64,000 bases of DNA, taken from contig NW_024704742.1 in the NCBI RefSeq assembly GCF_018977255.1, positions 135,162,001-135,226,000 on the forward strand, given 5' to 3'. Below are positions 56,020 to 64,000 of this stretch, piece after piece (within the stretch, counting starts at the first letter, position 1; the number at the start of each line of letters is the position of its first letter). Position numbers and translations under genes: made by a program. The notes under the pieces were generated by a model. The model ran no database searches and was not told the DNA's origin. It saw nothing but the letters and a program-made list of their open reading frames with translations. This stretch comes from Callorhinchus milii. Lineage: Eukaryota.

Positions 56020-58320
56020 AAATCGTCATTCTACTCCAACAAGACAATCTTGGAGGTCAAGGACAAACCCAGGCTCCTCTTCTCCATCACAAACCAGTTC
56101 CACCGCCCACCCTCTCAAGCCTCGCCCATCCTCACCTCCGATGCCAACTGAGAGGCAATGTTGGACTTCCTCAAATCCAAAGTAGAGGGGATCCTCTCAG
56201 CTGCCTCTGCCCTTCCATCTGCTAGCCCTCTCCCCATCTTCATCTCATAGCCCAGTCCCTACCCATTCCTCCCTCCACACCTGTCTTCCACTCCTCTCTC
56301 ACCACCACTATAACTCACATGAAACTGACCACCTGCTCCCTCGACCCTATCGCTATCCTTACCTCCCAGCTCCAGTTCCAGGCTCCTCTACTCACAGACA
56401 TCACAAACGTCTCCCTGTCCACTGGCACCGTTTCCACCACTCTAAAAACAGTCGTCATCACTCCTAACACAGCCGTCATCACTCCTAACGTTAAAAAACC
56501 CTCCCTGGACCCATTCCTGCTCTCCAACTACCGCTCCATCTCCAACCTTCCTTTTCTTTCCACGGTCCTGGAACGAGTCATTGCTTCCCAGCTTCACTCC
56601 TTCCCCGCTTGCCTCTCCCTTCAAACCTCTACAATCGGGTTTTACTGGTCAAAGTGACAAATGACATTCTGTCCATCTGCAACAAGGGCTCCCTCTGCAT
56701 CCTCATCCTCTCTGCTGCCTTTACAACAACAACAAGATTCCATTTATAGAGCGTCTTTCACGTCGGGAGGACATCCCAAGGCGCTGTACAGTTAGGTCAG
56801 GACCCGAGCAGGGGGGAAATGGTCAGGGTGAGGGGAGGGAAGGGAGGAGCGAGGAGGGGGTAGAGAGTCGAGAGGGGAGCTGAAGGCACGGTCAAAGAGA
56901 AAGGTCTTGAGACCGGCCTTGAAAGAGGAAAGGGAGGAGGCGGCGAAGGCACTGGAGGATAGAGTTCCAGAGCCTAGGGGCTGAGAGGCTGAAGGCCCGG
57001 CCACCGATGGTAGGGCGGTTGGGGCGGGGAATGTGGAGCAGACCGGAGCCAGAGGAACGGAGGGTACGGGCAGGTAGGTAGGGGGATAGTAGGTCAGAGA
57101 GGTAGGAGGGAGCGAGGCCGTGAATGGCCTTGTAGGTGAGGATGTGGATCTTGAATTCGATCCTCTGGGGGATGGGGAGCCAGTGGAGGCGAGCGAGGGT
57201 GGGAGTGATGTGGTCCCGAAGCCTGGTGCGGGACAGTACACGAGCTGCAGAGTTCTGAATGACCTGCAGTGTGGAGGGAGGTACCGGGAAGGCCGGCGAG
57301 GAGAGAGTTCCCATAGTCCAGCCTTGAGGTGATAAAGGCGTGGACCAGAGTTTCAGCAGCGTGAGGGGTGAGGTAGTGCCGTAGTCTGGCGATATTCCAG
57401 AGGTGATGGAAGGTGGTACCAGTTGTGGCGTGGATATGAGGGAGAAAGGATAGCTCAGGGTCGAACAGAACATTTTAACATTGTTGACCACTCTATCCTC
57501 GTCCTCCGCCTCTCGTCTCACCTCAATCTTCATGGTTCTGTCCTTGATTGGTTCAGATCGTATCTCTCACACTGCCTCCACTTCATCTCCACAAAAGTTT
57601 CCTCCTCCAGCCCCCGCACCATAACGTCCTCAGGGCTCTGTCTTTGGTCCCCTCCTCTTTAATATCTACATACTCCCTCGTGGTGACATCATCCTCAGAC
57701 ATGACGTCAAACTTCCACATGTATGCGGATGTCACCCAACTCTACCTCTCTGCCTCCACTCTTGAGTCCAGGGCCACTGTTGTCCTGACTATATATATCT
57801 GTCGGACATCAAGTCCTGGATGTGAGCTAACTTTCTTCAGTTGAACGTTAACAAGACCGAGGTCCTCCTGATTGGCTCTCGTCAGTGCCTCCACCCCTCA
57901 GACGCTGACAGCATCACCATCCATGGATGCACACTCAACCTTACTAAGCCAGTCCGCACCTTGGCGTCTTGGTTGACCCTCAACTATCCTTCCTACCCCA
58001 CATCCATGGCCATGACATACTCTGCCTTCCCCCATCCGCAATATTGTCCGGCTCCGCCACTGTCTCACACCGCGAGCCACCAAAACCCTCATACATACAT
58101 TCATAACATCCAAGATTGACTATGCAAACTCTCCACCTCGCCCCCTCCCTTGCCTACTTCAAGATCCATCTCAAGACCCTCCTCTTCGACCGTGCTTTCG
58201 ATCACCCTGCTTCCCCACCTGCCCTCCACCCTCCCCAATCCCGACCCCCAGCTCAGGTCCGAAACACTGACTGTCCTCCCGCCATGAAACGCGCTATACA
58301 AAGGTAATTTTGTTGTTGTT
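56020..58320 (+). mobile_element. Older L2 LINE (RT region to tail) interrupted by a nested L2
   Basis: [33 protein letters not shown] split at 56722/57473; [11 protein letters not shown]; tail at about 58290-58320. Confidence 0.9.
56723..57470 (-). mobile_element. Young L2 LINE nested antisense in the older L2
   Basis: Near-identical to 10467-11300; (GTT)n tail at 56723-56735. Confidence 0.94.
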
Positions 58321-58364
58321 AATATAAAAGCATCAAATTACAACAACGACAACAAATATATATA

Positions 58365-58500
58365 TGCTGCAGATGCTGGGAATCTGAAATAAAACAGAAG
58401 TCACTGGGAAGACTCAGCAGAACAGGCAGCATCTATGAACAGCTGAAAAGTCATCGACCTGAAACTTTAACTCACTTTCTTTCTTCTCTCCATAGGTGCC
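58365..58500. repeat. Second, internally deleted copy of the Penelope-like terminal palindrome
   Basis: gcagatgctgggaatctgaaataaaacag...ctcagcag..caggcagcatctatg...ctgaaaagtcatcgacctgaaactttaactcacttt. Confidence 0.7.
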
Positions 58501-58976
58501 ACATTTGTGAAGCGCCTTTCATGTCAGGAGGATGACCCAAGGCACTGGATAGTCAAGGATTTGGACCCTAGCGGGGGATTACGCTGCAAACAGCATTTGG
58601 CTAGATCATTTTATTTTCCCATAAGCGTGGCCTCCTAACCACAACATTATTTTTTTTTCCAATTTGACTAAAATAGGTCCTTTCGAAGAAAAACATATTC
58701 AACTTTTCCGTCAAAAGGAAATTCCTACAGCAGAGGTGCTGTCCAACACTATTTGGTGCTGAAGAGTAGCAGTGGGTGTGCCTTCTGTTCTCAGATTGCA
58801 CTTAATCTATGACACTGAAATTATCATAAAGTGTTCTGCTGCAGAGGCAAAAGAGTGAACGTAATAATCAAGAATGTCCTTGTGCCATACATTCATAGAA
58901 ATAGGATTTCCCCTGCCACCCCCCAAAAAATAGTTATGGTTAGGTTACTGAGGTTATTAGGTCATAGAATGACTAA

Positions 58977-59287
58977 GAATAATCCTTGCATTTGATATAG
59001 CACTTTTCACGTCTTCTAGACGTCCCAAAGCGCTTCACAGAATATACTGTAAAGTGAATTGACTATATATTTGTGGGCGAACGCGGCAGCCAATTGCGCA
59101 CAGCAATGTCCCACAAAACAGTCGTGGATTGAAAATGACCAATTTTATTACTGTTTTTGGTTTTGGAGGGATTATTAGGAGTGTGGAGTAAGGAAACTTG
59201 CCCAAGGTTTCGCCCTCTGCCTGGAATTGAACTCAGGTCTCTCACTTGCAAAGCGAGTGCTCTAACCACTGAGCTACAAGATTCCAC
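58977..59287 (-). mobile_element. tRNA(Ala)-like SINE, young short subfamily
   Basis: Near-identical to the 19034 and 53023 copies. Confidence 0.92.
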
Positions 59288-59952
59288 AAAGTACTGGTTG
59301 TTGCAGAATGCATAATAAGTTTTAAAAGGCATTTTGACAAATATTTGAAGCAGAAAAATATAAAAGGGGATGGGGAAGAGTAGAGGAATGGAATGCTCTT
59401 TCAGAAAAACATCAAAGGCTCAATGAGTTGAATGGCTTTCTGTGCTAAAAAAAAATTTATGTTTCTGATAGCTTTAACTCTCTGCTGAAAATGCTGAGAT
59501 TAATAGCTCAGGAGCACCACCAATAGGAAAATAATGGATCCACACCAGTTTGTAAAAGGCATGTTAAACCAGAAAAGGGCTACATCAAAATTACTATTAC
59601 TTCTCCAGTATTTCCACAAGAACGGCACTCCTGAATGTAACCTTATGAACGGCAACCCTGTTGGGGGTTCACTTCAGAAATCAAAGAATGATGATGTAAG
59701 TAATAAATGGCTAATTTCAAAAGTCTCAACCAGCTACCATGCAGAACTGCCTTTTAATTCCCTACGTTCCTCCTTCAATCCTGAACCATGTTACTCAGGA
59801 CTCTCCTTTCCATCAAAATCTGCCATAAAATCCATCTATTCGGCTGAACTTCTGGCCCCTTTCTTCCATCCCTACCCCCACTCCACCTTTCGGATTGCGT
59901 GAAGCGGTTTGAGACAATACAATACAAAATTACATTTGTATAGTGCCTTTTA

Positions 59953-60950
59953 CAGACGTCCGCAGACATGGGGTCAACTTCCACATGTTTGCAGATGACG
60001 CCCTACTCTACCTCTCTGCCTCCACCCTGGAATCTAGGACCACTGCTGTCCTGACAGAACGTCCATCAGACGTCAAGTCCAGGATGAGAGCTATCTTTCT
60101 TCATTTGAACATCAACGAGACCGAAGCTCTCCTGGTTGGCTCCCGTCAGCACCTCCTCACCTCAGGCGCTGAAAGTATCACCATCCATGGTTGCACACTC
60201 CACCCCACTAAGCCAGTCCGGAACCTCGGGGTCTTGATTGACCCTCAACTATCCTTTCTACCCCACATCTGTGCCATGACCCGCTCTGCCTTCCCCCACC
60301 TCCGCAACGTCGCCCGGCTCCAATACTGTCTCACACCGCAGGCCACCAAAACCCTTATACACATCTTCATTACATCGAGGCTCGACTATGCAAACTCACT
60401 GCTTGTCGGCCTCCCCAACTCCTCCCTCCTCCGGCTGCAGATCATCCAGAACTCTGCAGCCCCCGTGCCCTCTCCCGCACTAGGCTCCATAACCCTATCA
60501 TCCCCATCCTCGCCCGACTCCACTGGCTTCCCATCACTCAGAGGTACAGTTCAAGATCCTGGTCCTCACCTTCAAAGACCTCGACGGTTTTGCTTCCACC
60601 TACCTCTCCGACCTCCTAACCCCTACCACCCTGTTCGCTCCCTCCGCTCAGTGGGCTCTGGCCTGCTTCACGTCCCCCGCCTCGCTTGCCCCATTATTGG
60701 CAGCCGAGTCTTACGCCACTGTGCTCCCACTCTCTGGAACTCCATCCTGCAGTCGATCCATCTCACCCCCTCCCTCTCCATTTCAAGACCCACCTCAAGA
60801 CCCTCCATTTCGAGCATGCTTTCGATCTCCCTGCTTCCCTCTCTGCCCTCCCCCACCCCCAGCTTGGGTCCGTATCTCTGTCTGTCTACTACCTTTGGGA
60901 TGTACTCCTGACATCAAAGGCACTATACATATGTAATTTTGTTGTTGTTG
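59953..60950 (+). mobile_element. L2 LINE 3' fragment from the RT catalytic motif to the tail
   Basis: RHGVNFHMFADDALLYLS...PVRNLGVLIDPQLSF...ITSRLDYANSLLVG; (GTT)n tail. Confidence 0.93.
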
Positions 60951-60991
60951 ACGTCGAGAGGACTTCCCAAGGGCACTGAGACATCGTCGAC

Positions 60992-61376
60992 GGGAGTCCT
61001 GTAGCGTAGTGATTAGCACTCGCCTCGCAAGTGAGAGGACTTCGGTTTAATTCCCGGACAGGGCGAAACCTTAAGCAAGTTTCCTTACTCTACACGCTTC
61101 TGGTCACCTAGCAGTAAATAGGAAGGAACACAGTTGTTAGTCAATTGGTGGATCGATTTTGCTGGAGGTAATTATCCCTTAAATATTTTAAATAAAATAA
61201 TAATTTGGACATTCAATTCACAACTGTTTGTGGGACACTGCTGTGCGCAATTGGCTGCTGTGTTTCGCCCACAAAATATACAGTTAATTCACTTTACAGT
61301 ATATTCTGTGAAGTGTTTTGAGGCATCTCAAAGATGTGAGAAGGTGCTATATCAAATGCAAGGATTATTGTTATTA
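60992..61376 (+). mobile_element. tRNA-derived SINE, long subfamily, full length
   Basis: Head gggagtcctgtagcgtagtgattag, anticodon arm ctcgc-ctcgcaa-gtgag, tail present. Confidence 0.9.
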
Positions 61377-61719
61377 TCCTCCCAATGGAAAAGGTGCAAT
61401 ATAAATGTAAATTACTGTTGTAGGCCACCAGCGTTACTGTGAAACTTTAACCAAGACGACTCCATTAAAATATTTATGAAGGTTTATAGCACCAACAGCC
61501 GTGAGTATATAAATTTTCAAAGGCAGTAGCAATACACAACAGAGAATGATTACGAAATGTTTCCCACTTTAAATCTTTCCCTCTGTTACCAGATGTGTCC
61601 TTCCGTCCTCAGTATGAGACGTTAAACCAAGATCCCACCTGCCTGCCCAGCTGGACGTTAAAGATCATTAGGTACTATTTGAAAAGAGAAGCGGTTTGTA
61701 CATTTTTACAATCATCATT

Positions 61720-61800
61720 TCCTTGATATTGATATATTGATATTGATATTTGATATTGATATGTTGATATTGATATTTTCTTGACATATTTTCTTGATAA
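61720..61800. repeat. Imperfect (TTGATA)n microsatellite
   Basis: ttgatattgatatattgatattgatatttgatattgat... Confidence 0.85.
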
Positions 61801-62786
61801 ATATATTTATAATGTTAATTGTAGTTTGAATAGCATAACCCAAGCTATGGAACGCCTTTCTTGATATAGAAACAGAAATTTTTAGTTGACTACATTTTCG
61901 GTACATTTAACGGTTTAACAGATGTATTGCAGCACTTTGTACACCTCAACTATGGTGGCCGTAACCCTCAACCCCCACCCCTCACCCAACCACGCTGGCC
62001 TTCAACCTGCCCCCGCCCTCATTTCACACTGGCCCTCTCCCTTCATCCCCCAAACGTCTGGAAGCATCAACATTACTGCAGGAGCAAGTACAGTGACCGG
62101 GCATTTCCTGGCTAAATAGTCATGAGGTGAGGAAGCAATTGTCTTGACTCTACATTAACAAGTCATCCCATCTGGTTGCAAATATAAAGATTTATTTACC
62201 CAGGAATTAAAGTTTAAAAAAATCACAAAAGCACTGTCCGAATTTGTGAAAAAGATCCAAAATAGCAAAGCTTCAGGAAAATAATATGTAGCTAGATTTA
62301 AATACTAAATACAGTAAATATATTTATAATGTTAATTGTAGTTTGAATAGCATAACCCAAGCTATGGAGCGGGCAGCCTGAAGTCAGATTAAACACTCAA
62401 CACATCAAATACATGGGTCAAGGGTCAGGCCACAAGACCATCTCAAGAGGCTGTGCACTAGAATTGCATAATAAGTGCATTTAGTTTCATTCAAGTAACT
62501 GAACTGCAATGCATAAATGCTGCACATTGAACAAGACACTGAGCAGAGCAGCTTGGTGGTTTCATTTGTCTACGTCAATTACAATCTGAATTAGGAGGGC
62601 TTAGAAAGGTCAATACACAAACAAACCTACAAAAGCTGTTGAAATTGCTCAATGTGAGTGCTAAAGAAAAAATGTCAAAAGAACATTATTCCAATCAGTA
62701 ATTCTAAACTCTCCATTGACAATGATATTTAAATAATATTCTTGTGCAGGGTTAGCAACCTTGTACATCGACGTACATTTACATGT

Positions 62787-63045
62787 AATAATCCTCGTTT
62801 TTGATAGCGCGCCTTATCACTTCTTCAAGACATATCAAAGGGCTTCGTAGAATATACTGTAAATTTTGTGGGCAAAACGCAGCAGCCAATTGCGCATAGC
62901 AGTGTCCCACATTCAGTTGTGGATTGAGTGAACAATTTTTTTTGTAAGGGAATATTACCCCTGGAAAAGAAATCCACCATTCGACTAATAAGTAGGTTCC
63001 TACTTAACTGCTAGGTAAACGGAGGCATTTGTGTGAAGTATGGAA
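62787..63045 (-). mobile_element. SINE, long subfamily, head missing
   Basis: Body and tail match the other copies. Confidence 0.8.
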
Positions 63046-64000
63046 ACAACAATGACAATAATATTAAACAGTACTAAATTACAATATTAAGAATATATTC
63101 TTGTACCGGGTTAGCGACCTTGTACAACAACTTACATTTTTTCGCGTTGGGTGGACATCTCAAAGCTCCTTGAACCATAGAAATGTACAGCATAGAAGAA
63201 GGCCATTCAGAAGAAGGCCATTCAGCCCGTCATGTCCATGTTTTCAGAGCAATGCTTTGGTCCATTTACCTACTGGTTTCCCCAAACCTGTGCATTTGAC
63301 TCCTACTTAGGTATTTATCTAGTTCCCTTTCGAAAGCTGATATAGATTCTGCCTCAACCAACTCTCCAGTCAGGGGATTCCATATCCTACCTACAACTAC
63401 TTACTTGAGACGTCTCGAAGACATGATAAAGTGCTATATCAAATGCAAAGATTATTACTGATGCCCTCAAGACACTGACCTCGCACACTTTCACATGAAT
63501 GACTGATACCCCAATTTCGAAAGGAGAACAGAGATTGGGGGGTGGGTGGGGTGGGGGTACGGGGGAGCTGAAACGTACAGGGGCAGGGTTGTTCAAATTA
63601 CTGTCAAAGAGATAAATCTTAAGGTGGAGTTTGGCAGTGAGGATGGAGGGAACAAGGCGGGGGGATTTTGAGATGAAACTCCAGAGAGCAGGGGGCAGAG
63701 TGACTGAAGATAGTCATAGAGTCGCAGGAGGTCACTGAATTAGGGTGCTACAAAGACAGTCGAAAGTGAGGACAAGAATGTTGAGGTTCAAACTGGTGGA
63801 AGATGGGCAACCAGTAGTGCCAAGCAGGGATGTGGGTGATGGGTTTGAATCAGTTCAATAAAACATAATGATAAGAACACTGAAAATGTTTGCCAATAGG
63901 TCTTGACCTGCATTGGGACTTTGCTGTCCTTGCAGTGTGATAAATAATAATAATAGCTCCATATCACATCTTCTAGATGTCTCAAAGCGCTTCACAGAAT

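Noticed and set aside
56451..56490. Small tandem duplications (also 63196-63227 and 19870-19903)
   Set aside because: These are ordinary slippage events within dead repeats.
59943..60911. 322-aa ORF, the longest in the window
   Set aside because: It is a 5'-truncated L2 ORF2 fragment that shifts out of frame partway; not a host gene.

Overview
This is eukaryotic (vertebrate) genomic DNA, most likely from a cartilaginous fish; a chimaera or elephant-shark-like source is inferred from the repeat landscape. The window holds the 5' coding part of WDR7 (rabconnectin-3 beta) on the minus strand. Thirteen GT-AG coding exons between 48077 and 5935 splice in frame into 1995 nt (665 codons). The gene continues past position 1, and the upstream non-coding exon and promoter were not located. 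Almost all long ORFs in the six-frame track are L2 LINE or SINE debris. The introns are packed with tRNA(Ala)-like-headed SINEs sharing a 3' stem-loop with L2, L2 LINEs (the longest about 2.5 kb with endonuclease and RT remnants), CR1 fragments and older Deu-type SINEs. Less obvious elements read from the sequence are: a decayed Penelope-like element with an upstream SGNH-hydrolase-like ORF (19.3-20.3 kb); a non-autonomous Helitron (15167-15969); an 85-bp-arm palindrome with hammerhead-like vestiges (45.8-46.0 kb); a two-copy, multi-hairpin ~280-bp element I cannot assign (12.0-12.3 kb and 47.0-47.9 kb, the latter split by an L2); and several templated micro-duplications. All family assignments come from motif recognition, not database searches, and repeat boundaries are approximate.
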